Positions 49,683 to 58,992 of a DNA stretch of 64,000 nt are shown piece by piece. Location of the stretch: the NCBI GenBank assembly GCA_037444725.1, contig JBBILW010000001.1, positions 5,056-69,055 of the forward strand. Reading direction: 5' to 3'. The notes under the pieces are model-generated. The model was given only the letters and a program-made list of their open reading frames with translations. It did not search any database and was not told where the DNA came from. The DNA is from Candidatus Jorgensenbacteria bacterium (GTDB taxonomy: Bacteria; Patescibacteriota; Minisyncoccia; UBA6257; GWB1-50-10). Both the position numbers and the translations under genes were made by a program. Positions within the stretch are counted from its first letter, which is position 1, and the number at the start of each line of letters is the position of its first letter.

Positions 49683-50399
49683 CTACTCATCTTTGAATTT
49701 TGGCAATTGTTTGTTGATGTAGAGCTGCTGCACCACCGAAAAGAGGCTTGAGACGAGCCAATAGAGACCAAGTGCCGAGGGGAGATTCACGAGCACGAAG
49801 AAGGTAAGCGCCGGACCCATAATCATCATCGTGTTCGTCATGGACGCCATAGGATTGTCCTTATCCGCGGATTTTGCCTTCATACCACCCATCATAAGCT
49901 TGCCCTGCAGGTACTGCATAGCAGCCGCCAAGACCGGCATAATATATCCTTTTGTTTTCAAATCAAGAATTCCAAGAAGCGTCGTGGTGGTAAACGCGGC
50001 TCCCGAGAGCTCGGTTGAGAGCACGCGGAAGAGGATAATGAACACCGGAAGCTGGAGGAGCAGCAATAAAATACCCGAAAAAGGATTGAGTTTGTACTTC
50101 TTATAGAGGTCGAGCATCTCTTTTGCTTGGCGCTCCTTATCATCCTTATGATCGAGCTGAATCTTCTTTATGTGCGGCTGGAGGTGCTGAGTAAGCGCCT
50201 GGTCTTTTGAGCTCTTATAAAAGATGGGGAAGAGGATGACGCGCACCGCAACGGTGAGTAAAATAACCGCGATTCCAAGGTCGTGGAACGCGATGGTGTT
50301 ATAGATATAGATGAGCAATTCCAATATCGGCTGATAGAGAAATGTATTAAAAAACCCGGACATGTGCTCTATTGTACGGGGTTTCCCACTATTCCGCAA
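49683..50399 (-). CDS. yidC: membrane protein insertase YidC (short form)
   Basis: FLYQPILELLIYIY...LLTVAVRVILFPI and five TM helices. Confidence 0.85.
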   Translation of the reverse strand: MRNSGKPRTIEHMSGFFNTFLYQPILELLIYIYNTIAFHDLGIAVILLTVAVRVILFPIFYKSSKDQALTQHLQPHIKKIQLDHKDDKERQAKEMLDLYKKYKLNPFSGILLLLLQLPVFIILFRVLSTELSGAAFTTTTLLGILDLKTKGYIMPVLAAAMQYLQGKLMMGGMKAKSADKDNPMASMTNTMMIMGPALTFFVLVNLPSALGLYWLVSSLFSVVQQLYINKQLPKFKDE

Positions 50400-50408
50400 T
50401 TCATGTTT

Positions 50409-50669
50409 TTAGCCCAGTTTTGCCTGAATTTCTTCCTGCAGCCCATGAAAACCCGCCTTCACCGCTCCCGCGCGGGCTATTATCGTCACTTCGTACGGTA
50501 ATTTCTCAAGAAGCGGGCGCACTATGGAGGAAATGCGACGTTTTACAAGGTTTCTCTCTACCGCTTTTTTAGAAACCGCCTTCCCGACCACAACAATAAG
50601 CGGCTTCTTCTGGAAGCCGTGTGGGTTTGTTCTTATTGTGAGTGTGCGCATGGGTGCTATGAGCGCCAT
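50409..50669 (-). CDS. rnpA: RNase P protein component
   Basis: KAVERNLVKRRI (the RNR-like motif). Conserved position between rpmH and yidC. Confidence 0.75.
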   Translation of the reverse strand: MALIAPMRTLTIRTNPHGFQKKPLIVVVGKAVSKKAVERNLVKRRISSIVRPLLEKLPYEVTIIARAGAVKAGFHGLQEEIQAKLG

Positions 50670-50683
50670 AATACTCGTTTTAT

Positions 50684-50818
50684 CTAGAGTGCGATGCGCT
50701 TGCGGCCCTTTTGTCTGCGGCGAGCCATTGCTGCGCGTCCTCCCGGCGTTCTGCTGCGCTTTAAAAAGCCGTGCGTGTTCCTGCGCTTCTTCTTTTTTGG
50801 TTGGTACGTGAAACTCAT
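50684..50818 (-). CDS. rpmH: 50S ribosomal protein L34
   Basis: [44 protein letters not shown]. Start trimmed. Confidence 0.85.
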   Translation of the reverse strand: MSFTYQPKKKKRRNTHGFLKRSRTPGGRAAMARRRQKGRKRIAL

Positions 50819-50866
50819 AGTAATGAATCTTGGTGTTACATTAACACACCGTACGAAATAAAGCAA

Positions 50867-51062
50867 TTTTTGTCCGCCGTCATTCCGTAAAACGACTTAT
50901 CAACAGGTAATACACAATTAGAGCACATTCGCGAATTTCCAACAACGTTGAAAGTTTTATTATTACGTTTATGATTGGGTGATAGGTAAGGAGAAAAGTT
51001 TTCTGATTTGATTTTTTTCAGTCTTAATAAATAATTTTTTAAAATCGCGCCACACACGAAAT
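50867..51062. promoter_or_regulatory. AT-rich rpmH-dnaA divergent promoter region, possibly part of the origin
   Basis: About 200 bp of AT-rich non-coding DNA between divergent rpmH and dnaA. Confidence 0.4.
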
Positions 51063-52445
51063 ATGGAACATCAGGAACTTTGGAAAACAGTGCTTGGTGA
51101 GATAGAACTCCAGATTTCGCGACCAAATTTCCTTACGTGGTTCAAAAACAGCCAGTTAGTGGAGAAAAACGAGAAGGAGGGGGTGGCGCTTGTGGCATTA
51201 CCGAACAATTTCGCGAAGGAGTGGGTAAAAAATCGTTATCATAAGATTATTTTAGGTTCGTTACGCAACATCGACGGCTCAATTAAGTACGTAAACTACG
51301 TTGTGGTGAGTCACAACACTCCGCTTAAGCCCTCAAAGGTGGAGCGGAAGCAAAAAGCGCCGGAATTAACCGACGAAAAATCAAATCTTCCCATCACCGA
51401 TCTTCGTGTTGACTCAAAAACGAATCTCAATCCGAAATATATCTTTGATTCCTTCGTTGTCGGCTCCTCAAACGAGCTTGCATGCGCCGCCATCAACGCG
51501 GTTATCGACAATGTCGGGAAAAAATACAACCCGCTCTTTATTTATGGAGGAGTAGGTTTGGGAAAAACACACCTTCTCCAGGCAGCAGGGAATGCGGTGC
51601 ATCAAAAATATGAAGGGAAGGTGCGTGTGTTGTATGTAACCTCGGAAAAATTCATCAATGACGTTGTGTGGGCACTCCGCAACAAGCGCGCGGACGACAT
51701 GAAGAAAAAATACCGCGATGTGGATATGCTTATCATCGACGATATCCAATTCATCGGCGGCAAAGCGGCAACAGAGCTCGAATTCTTTTATACATTTAAC
51801 GCGCTCTACGAAAACAACAAGCAGATTATTATTTCATCCGATCGTCCGCCCGCAGCAATCCCCACACTCGAAGAAAGACTTCGTTCACGCTTTGAGGGGG
51901 GAATGATTGCGGATGTCGCGTATCCGGATTATGAAATGCGTTTGGCAATTTTAAAAACCAAAGCGCAGTCTCATAACGCAAATATCGACGAAAAAACCCT
52001 TGAATATATCGCGACGAAAGTCCAGAAGAACATCAGGGAAGTGGAGGGGGTGCTCAATAAGGTGTTGTTTTACCAACAGTATAAAAACAACCAAATAGAC
52101 CAGAAGAAACTTGATGAAATCATCAGTGAAACATCGCAGGTTTCACCGAAAAACATCACTCCCGCCGATATTATTAAGACCGTTGCTGAGTTTTATGAGA
52201 TATCCCAGCAGGAACTCACCGATAGAGGAAGGAAGCAGGAAATAGTGGAACCTCGGCAGGTAGTAATGTACCTCTTGAGAGAAATGTTGAAACTTTCGTA
52301 TCCGAATATCGGCGAACGCCTTGGAAAGCGGGATCATACTACCGTTATCCACGCATACGAGAAAATCTCAAAAGAGGTGCAATCGAATTCCGCGTTCAAC
52401 CAGAAAATACTCCTTATCAAAGAACGACTGTTTAAAAATTCTTAA
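51063..52445 (+). CDS. dnaA: chromosomal replication initiator DnaA
   Basis: AAA+ Walker A (GGVGLGKTHL) and a C-terminal DNA-binding domain. Confidence 0.95.
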   Translation: MEHQELWKTVLGEIELQISRPNFLTWFKNSQLVEKNEKEGVALVALPNNFAKEWVKNRYHKIILGSLRNIDGSIKYVNYVVVSHNTPLKPSKVERKQKAPELTDEKSNLPITDLRVDSKTNLNPKYIFDSFVVGSSNELACAAINAVIDNVGKKYNPLFIYGGVGLGKTHLLQAAGNAVHQKYEGKVRVLYVTSEKFINDVVWALRNKRADDMKKKYRDVDMLIIDDIQFIGGKAATELEFFYTFNALYENNKQIIISSDRPPAAIPTLEERLRSRFEGGMIADVAYPDYEMRLAILKTKAQSHNANIDEKTLEYIATKVQKNIREVEGVLNKVLFYQQYKNNQIDQKKLDEIISETSQVSPKNITPADIIKTVAEFYEISQQELTDRGRKQEIVEPRQVVMYLLREMLKLSYPNIGERLGKRDHTTVIHAYEKISKEVQSNSAFNQKILLIKERLFKNS

Positions 52446-52640
52446 ATTCGGTGGATGAAGTGTGGATAAGGACTGATAACTGATGAATGAAAAGGTGATA
52501 AGAATGCGAAAAGTGTTGAAAGTGTAAAAATTCATCCACACCACCCACCGCACTTTCCACAGATTAGAAAAATAAAAACGCTGATACAGATTGATTAAAA
52601 AGAGTTTATCCCCATATCCACAGACACTACTACGACTACT
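52446..52640. other. candidate oriC, a DnaA-box cluster in the dnaA-dnaN spacer
   Basis: tgtggataa at 52461-52469 is a perfect TTATCCACA box. Three 8/9 matches lie at 52532-52540, 52606-52614 and 52614-52622, plus a weaker 7/9 match at 52451-52459 and an AT-rich stretch. Confidence 0.6.
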
Positions 52641-53750
52641 ATGAAATTAATTATATTAAAGAATAACTTAATAGAAGGATTAGGGGCGGTTGAGCGGGCA
52701 ATCAGCGCGGTAGCCAATCTTCCGATTTTAAAAAACATTCTTATAAAAACCGAAGGCGGAAGAATTTCTTTTACCTGTACCAATCTTGAGATTGCGATTA
52801 CTCAGCTTGTTCCCGGAAAGATTGTTGAAGAAGGCGAGATAACCGTACCGCTTTCTGTGTTTGCACCGGTAGCGAAAAATATTAATTCGGAACGTATCAC
52901 GCTCGAAGTGAAGGATAATCATATTTCCGTCGTTACCGATAACTATGAAGCAACGATTCAAGCGCACAACGCAAAAGATTTTCCCATAATCCCTTCGATT
53001 GCGGATAAAAGCAGTGTGGTGAAAATCGCATCAGCGAAACTTCTTGAAGCATTGCAGAGCGTAATTGTCGCGACACAGTATTCCGAAATTCGTCCTGAGA
53101 TAAGCGGCGTTTATTTTAAGATTTCTGATCAGAACCTCATACTAGCCGCGACAGACAGTTTTCGCCTCGCAGAACGCGTTATAGAAGCAACAGACGTGTA
53201 TACCACGCTCGATGAGGCATCGATGATTGTGCCGTATAAAACTGCGGAAGAATTAGTGAAATTTCTCCAAGGTCCCGAACAAGAAATCGAAATTTATATC
53301 GAAGCGAATCAAGTTTTATTTAAAACCAACACTAAACAGCTTATTTCACGGCTTGTTGATGGAACATTCCCCGAATACAAAGCGATTATTCCCAAACAAA
53401 TCCAGAATGAGGCGACTATCAGCAGAATTGAGCTTGTGAACGCATTAAAACTCGCGAGTTCTTTTGCGGGCCGCACGAACGATGTGACTCTCAAGGTAGG
53501 GGATAATAAGAAATTTATCGAATTATATTCCGCAGATTCTTCTGTAGGTGAAAATCGCTACCGAATTCCCATTAAACTCAAAGGAGACGCGTTTTCTGTC
53601 GTGTTTAATTGGCGCTATCTCCTCGATGGCTTGCGCATCTACTCATCAGACGATGTTATTCTCGGTATTAATGCCGCGTCACGCCCTGCGGTAATTAAAA
53701 ACACACTTGAGTCAGCGCTCACCTATGTGGTGATGCCGATAAATCAGTAG
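52641..53750 (+). CDS. dnaN: DNA polymerase III beta sliding clamp
   Basis: Three-domain clamp with MKLIILKNNLIEGL start. Confidence 0.9.
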   Translation: MKLIILKNNLIEGLGAVERAISAVANLPILKNILIKTEGGRISFTCTNLEIAITQLVPGKIVEEGEITVPLSVFAPVAKNINSERITLEVKDNHISVVTDNYEATIQAHNAKDFPIIPSIADKSSVVKIASAKLLEALQSVIVATQYSEIRPEISGVYFKISDQNLILAATDSFRLAERVIEATDVYTTLDEASMIVPYKTAEELVKFLQGPEQEIEIYIEANQVLFKTNTKQLISRLVDGTFPEYKAIIPKQIQNEATISRIELVNALKLASSFAGRTNDVTLKVGDNKKFIELYSADSSVGENRYRIPIKLKGDAFSVVFNWRYLLDGLRIYSSDDVILGINAASRPAVIKNTLESALTYVVMPINQ

Positions 53751-53756
53751 GAATTG

Positions 53757-56228
53757 TTAGTGGTATACCACTGCCGTTGCTGACGCAGTTGCACCACTTC
53801 GTGCTTTTACACGAATCTCAATCTTGTTCTGGGGTCCGAGCGGGATATTCAGGAAATTTTGATAATGGTACTCGGTACCGCTTATATCCATTGCTCCCAT
53901 AAGCTGATCATTGAAGTACAATTCAATTCTTGATAACGTGTCGTTGTTTGCGGTAAGTGTTGCGCCAATAAGCAGGGGAGACGATGTGAATACGCCTGTT
54001 TTTGGTTCGTTAATTACCACTGAAACCGCAGGAGCCTGAGAAACCGACGAACTTGCTGATTGCATTTCTTGCGGCACCACATAGGTATTCAAACCGTTCG
54101 GATTCGCTTTTATCCAATCCTCAACTCCTTTTTCCCAGTTCGTGAACTGAATATCCTGCGAGGGGTCATCAGGAGGATTTCCCGTCGGATCGTTCCTATT
54201 CACGTAATACAGAATCGAGTGTACCTGCGGCACCTTTACTCCATTGATAACCGGCGTATAGACCGGATCTCCGTTTAACATCGGTTTTGAGGGAAGAGTA
54301 TAGGGATCAGGCAGTTCAAATTGATCTTTCGGGAATTGCGGAAGCGCGTCGCGCAAAAACGCATTCCATGTCGGGATTGCGGCAAGAATACTGCTTCCTT
54401 GGCTTTGAAGGGGAGTGTTGTCATTGTTTCCCGCCCACACACCTACCACTAAGTCGGGAGTGTAGCCGAATGCCCACGCATCGCGGTAATCCTGCGTCGT
54501 ACCCGTCTTTAATGCGACCTGATAGCCGTCGAAAATAGTGAGTGGCAGGCTTGCGTGGAATATCGGCGCGCGAAGTTCAGAATCGGAAAGTATTTGATTG
54601 ATAAGTTTCGGATACTGCGCGTCTATCGGCTGTGTCGTCTTATCTTTGTACTCCTCGAGCACGTTGTTATTCGCGTCGGTTACTTTCAACACTAACTGCT
54701 GGTCGTGCAGCGTGCCATTTTGTGAAAGCACTGAGTATGCCTTCACGAGGTCTATAAGTTTAATTTCTCCGCCGCCTAATGTGAGCGAGAGACCATAGCG
54801 CCACCGTTCCTTGAGGGTGGTAATACCGAAGTTCGCTAGATTTTTCAGCACGTCATCAAAGCCCGCAAGATAGAGCGTTTCTACCGCAGGAACGTTTAAG
54901 GATTGCGCGAGTGATTGTTCCATGCGTATCGGTCCGCGGAACAATCCGTCGAAGTTTCCCGGTTTGTAACTTGTTTCCGGATCGTTGCGTGTGTCGAATT
55001 CCGTGGGTACATCAAGTAACACCGTTTTCGGCGAGTAACCTTTTTGGAACGCGGTCATGTAAACGAACGGTTTTAACGCGGAACCCGGCTGGCGGAGTCC
55101 TTGCGTTGCCACGTTGAAATTACCTTCGAATTTGCAGCTCACGCCAGGTGTGCATCCTTCCGGTTCCGGTTTTCCGAAATAATCTTTTGAGCCGACCATT
55201 GAAAGTATCTGGCCGGTTTTCGGGTCTTCTGCGACAAGCGCAGTGTTGAAGCCCTTATACAGTTCAGCATTACGCTTTGCGCCCTCCAAAGCCGCTTTTT
55301 CAGCGATTGCCTGGAGTTTTAAGTCGATGGTGGTGATAACATGGAGGCCGCCGTTCATTACCACATCCTCGCCGTATTTACCCACGAGATAATCTTTTAC
55401 CGCGAGCGAGAAATGCGGCGCTACGATAGTGCCGAGATTTGCCGGTGCAAAAACGGGAATTTCCTTTTTTGCTTTCGCGACATCGCTTGCTGATGCGCTC
55501 TTAAGTTCCACCATACGGTCCAAGACATAATTGCTGCGCGCCATAAGATCTTTCGTGTTCGAACCCCAGGGCGAGAAGTAGCTCGGCGCCTGGAGCATGC
55601 TCGCAAGAATTGACGCTTCGCGGAGCGTGAGATCTTTTACGTGCTTGTTGTAGTAAATCTGGCTTGCTGCCTCTACGCCATAAGCATTCGAGCCGAACGG
55701 AATCTGGTTCAAATAAAACCCAAAAATATCTTTTTTGGAATATTGAGATTCGAGTTGTACCGCGAGAATGATTTCCTTCAGTTTGCGGATATAGGTGCGC
55801 TCGTCCGAGAGAAGCGTCTTTTTTACGAGTTGCTGCGTGAGCGTTGAGCCGCCTTGGGTAATTTTTCCTTTTTGGAGGTTAACAATAAACGCACGTACTA
55901 TGCCGCGCCAGTTGAAGCCTGGTTCGGTATAAAAATTCGCGTCTTCGGCGGCCAAGACCGCATTTTTCATATTGTCGGGAATTTCATCGAATGAAACGAT
56001 GGTGCGTTTTTCATCGCCATGGATTTCATACAACATCGTTTCGCCGGTGCGGTCGTAGAGTTTTGTGGATTGGCTTACCACGCGCTTGCCGAAGTCGGAA
56101 GGCGAAGGGAGGTTGTGGAGCGAGTAGGCGATATACATGGCGCCCACCGCGAACACGCTTAAAAAGAATGCACCGATTGCGAGCGCAATCAGGAATCCCG
56201 TACTTTTCTTATGCAATAATCGTTTCAT
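53757..56228 (-). CDS. class A penicillin-binding protein (glycosyltransferase + transpeptidase)
   Basis: GT51 motifs (EDANFYTEPGFN) and a transpeptidase domain with SxxK. Start trimmed to MKRLLHKK. Confidence 0.85.
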   Translation of the reverse strand: MKRLLHKKSTGFLIALAIGAFFLSVFAVGAMYIAYSLHNLPSPSDFGKRVVSQSTKLYDRTGETMLYEIHGDEKRTIVSFDEIPDNMKNAVLAAEDANFYTEPGFNWRGIVRAFIVNLQKGKITQGGSTLTQQLVKKTLLSDERTYIRKLKEIILAVQLESQYSKKDIFGFYLNQIPFGSNAYGVEAASQIYYNKHVKDLTLREASILASMLQAPSYFSPWGSNTKDLMARSNYVLDRMVELKSASASDVAKAKKEIPVFAPANLGTIVAPHFSLAVKDYLVGKYGEDVVMNGGLHVITTIDLKLQAIAEKAALEGAKRNAELYKGFNTALVAEDPKTGQILSMVGSKDYFGKPEPEGCTPGVSCKFEGNFNVATQGLRQPGSALKPFVYMTAFQKGYSPKTVLLDVPTEFDTRNDPETSYKPGNFDGLFRGPIRMEQSLAQSLNVPAVETLYLAGFDDVLKNLANFGITTLKERWRYGLSLTLGGGEIKLIDLVKAYSVLSQNGTLHDQQLVLKVTDANNNVLEEYKDKTTQPIDAQYPKLINQILSDSELRAPIFHASLPLTIFDGYQVALKTGTTQDYRDAWAFGYTPDLVVGVWAGNNDNTPLQSQGSSILAAIPTWNAFLRDALPQFPKDQFELPDPYTLPSKPMLNGDPVYTPVINGVKVPQVHSILYYVNRNDPTGNPPDDPSQDIQFTNWEKGVEDWIKANPNGLNTYVVPQEMQSASSSVSQAPAVSVVINEPKTGVFTSSPLLIGATLTANNDTLSRIELYFNDQLMGAMDISGTEYHYQNFLNIPLGPQNKIEIRVKARSGATASATAVVYH

Positions 56229-56263
56229 ATGATGGTGTATCTCTTTAATCGTAACAAACGTAA

Positions 56264-56300
56264 TTAAAAATCCCACGCGTGTACGGCGGGGGATTTTTGC
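56264..56300 (-). terminator. hairpin terminator following the small acidic ORF
   Basis: aaaaatccc...gggggattttt. Confidence 0.45.
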
Positions 56301-56313
56301 TGAGAACGGCAGG

Positions 56314-56478
56314 TTAGAAAGCGTCCTCTTCCTCCTCCGTTTCTATCTCAGGTTCTTCGATTGTTTCTTCTCCGTCTTCGAGTGATGAGTCGGTTTCAAC
56401 TGCCGAAGTCACTCCTTCTTCCAAAAGCTCCTCATCTTCTCCGTTCGTGTAGATTCCGTCGTCTCTTAATGATCGCAT
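56314..56478 (-). CDS. 54-aa highly acidic small protein (putative)
   Basis: ATG...TAA ORF encoding MRSLRDDGIYTNGEDEELLEEGVTS...EEEEDAF. It has its own downstream hairpin terminator. Confidence 0.3.
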   Translation of the reverse strand: MRSLRDDGIYTNGEDEELLEEGVTSAVETDSSLEDGEETIEEPEIETEEEEDAF

Positions 56479-56628
56479 GAATAGTAAACGTTGGTTATTA
56501 TTCGACTATTTATTGTTATCCACCCTATCGTACCGTTGCACTTAACGATGTGCAATATGCGGGGTGTGGATGAATATGGCAAAAGTATACTTACCGTCCG
56601 CAGTATGTCAATACCAAAAACGCACTCG

Positions 56629-57099
56629 TTAACTAAGGCGCGTATTTGCTGACGCGATGGCGATTGCGAGGGCGTCTGTGGCGTCGTCTAAGAGATGGGA
56701 AACAGAGGTCCGAAGTATCGCCGCGACCATCTTTGCCACCGCGTCTTTTGACGCGTTGCCGTTGCTTGTGACCGCAACTTTCACCTCATTCGGCGTGAGC
56801 TCGCACACGGGCACCCCGCGTTCAAGAATGGTATGCATAATCACGCCGCGCGCCTCCGCGACCGCAAGTGCGGTCTTTTTGTTTTTCGAAAAGAAGAGTT
56901 TCTCCACGCCAATTTTTTCCGGGCGCGTCTCATCGATGAGTTTCCCGAGTTCGCGCGCGATATTGCGGAGGCGTTCACTGCCGACCGCAGGCGGGAGGGG
57001 GAGAATGCCGCTTTTTATGTGTGTGAACACGCCCCCTTTCGTCTCAATGACGCCGAAACCGACGCGTGTGGTGCCTGGGTCGATGCCGAGAATAATCAT
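56629..57099 (-). CDS. ruvC: Holliday junction resolvase RuvC
   Basis: MIILGIDPGTTRVGFGVI and the RNase-H-fold catalytic acidic residues. Confidence 0.9.
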   Translation of the reverse strand: MIILGIDPGTTRVGFGVIETKGGVFTHIKSGILPLPPAVGSERLRNIARELGKLIDETRPEKIGVEKLFFSKNKKTALAVAEARGVIMHTILERGVPVCELTPNEVKVAVTSNGNASKDAVAKMVAAILRTSVSHLLDDATDALAIAIASANTRLS

Positions 57100-57108
57100 G
57101 CGAGGAAA

Positions 57109-57645
57109 TTATTGCGCGTTCGTGTAGACGCGCTGTACGTCCTGTTGGGCTTCTAAAACACTAATAAGTGCGCGCAAGCTTTCCTTATCCGCTTCGCTTA
57201 TTGCGAGCGGGAATTTTGCAATCCAGATAGGCGCTTCGTTTTCCATGCGCGGCTCGAACGCCCAAGTTACACTGCCCGGCTCCGCCCATTTGCCGTTATT
57301 ATCACGGAGAATCAGTTTGATTTCTGCGACGGTTCTATTCGTACTATCGGTGATGGCTTCTATAAGGAGCGCGACGCCTCCGGGTCCGTAGGCTTCGAAC
57401 AATGCTTCTTCTGATACAATTTCTCCGCTCGTCATGCGCGAGATGGCGCGCTCGATGTTTTCGAGCGGCACATTTGCGGCGCGCGCTTTCTCGATGGTTG
57501 TGCGAAGGCGCGGATTGAAATCGGGATTCGGTTCCGCTTTTGCTGCCGCGCTTACTGCGGCGAGAAGCTTTGAAAACACAATGCCGCGCTTTACGTCGGC
57601 TGCTCCTTTTTCCTGCTTAATTTGTTTAAAACTGCGTCCTCCCAT
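57109..57645 (-). CDS. yebC: YebC/PmpR-family transcriptional regulator (shortened)
   Basis: N-terminal KRGIVFSKLL...NPRLRTTIEKARAANVP and C-terminal DVQRVYTNA. The central subdomain is missing. Confidence 0.8.
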   Translation of the reverse strand: MGGRSFKQIKQEKGAADVKRGIVFSKLLAAVSAAAKAEPNPDFNPRLRTTIEKARAANVPLENIERAISRMTSGEIVSEEALFEAYGPGGVALLIEAITDSTNRTVAEIKLILRDNNGKWAEPGSVTWAFEPRMENEAPIWIAKFPLAISEADKESLRALISVLEAQQDVQRVYTNAQ

Positions 57646-57660
57646 AGAGGCATTGAACCA

Positions 57661-58992
57661 CTAGACCGTGCCTTCCGCAACCTCTCTCTTGGGAATAAGT
57701 CGTTCGTCGGTCGGTAGCGTGAACCAGAACGTTGAGCCGCGATTTAATTCCGAATTTACGCCGATTTCTCCGCCGTGCCTCTTCACGATGTTTTTTGCGA
57801 TGTAGAGACCGAGACCGCTGCCATTCGGTTCCATCTGTACTACGTTTGAGCCGCGATAAAGCTTCTGGAAGAGTTTCTTCAAGTCTTCAGGGGAGATACC
57901 GACGCCTGTGTCTATTATCGAGATGCGCACGAACGGTTTTACCGCATCGAGCTCAATCGCGACCGACACCTTGCCATGCTTTATGTTGTAGCGGATGGCA
58001 TTATCAATGAGATTGAAAATAACCGAACCCACGCGATTCTGGTCTATCATAATCGGCGGAATCGCTTCGTGCGGCGCGAACACTTCAAGCGTAATGCCGT
58101 ACTGGTCAGCGAGCGTCTTCATTTCTTTTACGATGCCGGAGACAAACTGAAGCACGTCTGTGGATTGGAGTGTATACCCGAACTTGCCTTCTTCGATTTT
58201 AGAGACATCAAGGAGGTCGTTGGTGATTTTGAGCGAACGCTCCGAGACCGCGAGCGCTTCGACGGCAATAGGATTTATATTTTTATCGTTCGCAGAAAAC
58301 TTTACGATATTTTCCATCGCCCAGTGGAGCGCAGTGAGCGGCGTGCGGAGTTGGTGCGCAGCGACGCCGATGAAATCAGATTTCGCCTGAAGAAGCCCTT
58401 TTTCGCGCGACTGGTCGCGGACAATTTTTACGAATCCCATAATTTCTCCGTTCTCATCACGCAACTGATTGAGGGTGGTGTGGAAATCGAAATGAGGATT
58501 TTCGAGCGTAATGTCGGCGATCTGCGGCCACGCGCCGGAATCGGAGAGTTGATTTATGGACGGCGCGAGCGAAGGGAAGAGGGTTTGTACGAGCGTGCGG
58601 AAATGGGGATTTTTCGCCATGCTCGGATCAAAGCGCGTGTTGATAACTTCCGCTGCGGAGATGCCGAAAATATTTTCCGCCGCCTTATTGAACGTGACTA
58701 TTTTGAAATCAGGGTCATACACGATAACCGCGTCGCCTAAAAATTGGATGAGCGCGTCCTGTTCTTTCATGGCGAGCATGCGCTCGGCGCTCAGCTGCGC
58801 GAGATGGAGGAAGACGCGGATTAACACTGCCGCCGCGCCCAAGAAAACCACCACCGAAACAATAATGAGCACGAGGGGAGAGAAGTACGCGTTCGCCGCA
58901 AAGAGCGCGCCAAGGAGCGCGAGCGCGATGATGAGTGAAATCATTTCCGGTGTTTTCCAGTAACGCATTACAATGCTTTCATTGTACCCCAT
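57661..58992 (-). CDS. sensor histidine kinase (two TM helices, PAS, HisKA, HATPase_c)
   Basis: H-box AAHQLRTPL, N-box LIDNAIRYN and G-boxes GSGLGLYI. Confidence 0.8.
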   Translation of the reverse strand: MGYNESIVMRYWKTPEMISLIIALALLGALFAANAYFSPLVLIIVSVVVFLGAAAVLIRVFLHLAQLSAERMLAMKEQDALIQFLGDAVIVYDPDFKIVTFNKAAENIFGISAAEVINTRFDPSMAKNPHFRTLVQTLFPSLAPSINQLSDSGAWPQIADITLENPHFDFHTTLNQLRDENGEIMGFVKIVRDQSREKGLLQAKSDFIGVAAHQLRTPLTALHWAMENIVKFSANDKNINPIAVEALAVSERSLKITNDLLDVSKIEEGKFGYTLQSTDVLQFVSGIVKEMKTLADQYGITLEVFAPHEAIPPIMIDQNRVGSVIFNLIDNAIRYNIKHGKVSVAIELDAVKPFVRISIIDTGVGISPEDLKKLFQKLYRGSNVVQMEPNGSGLGLYIAKNIVKRHGGEIGVNSELNRGSTFWFTLPTDERLIPKREVAEGTV

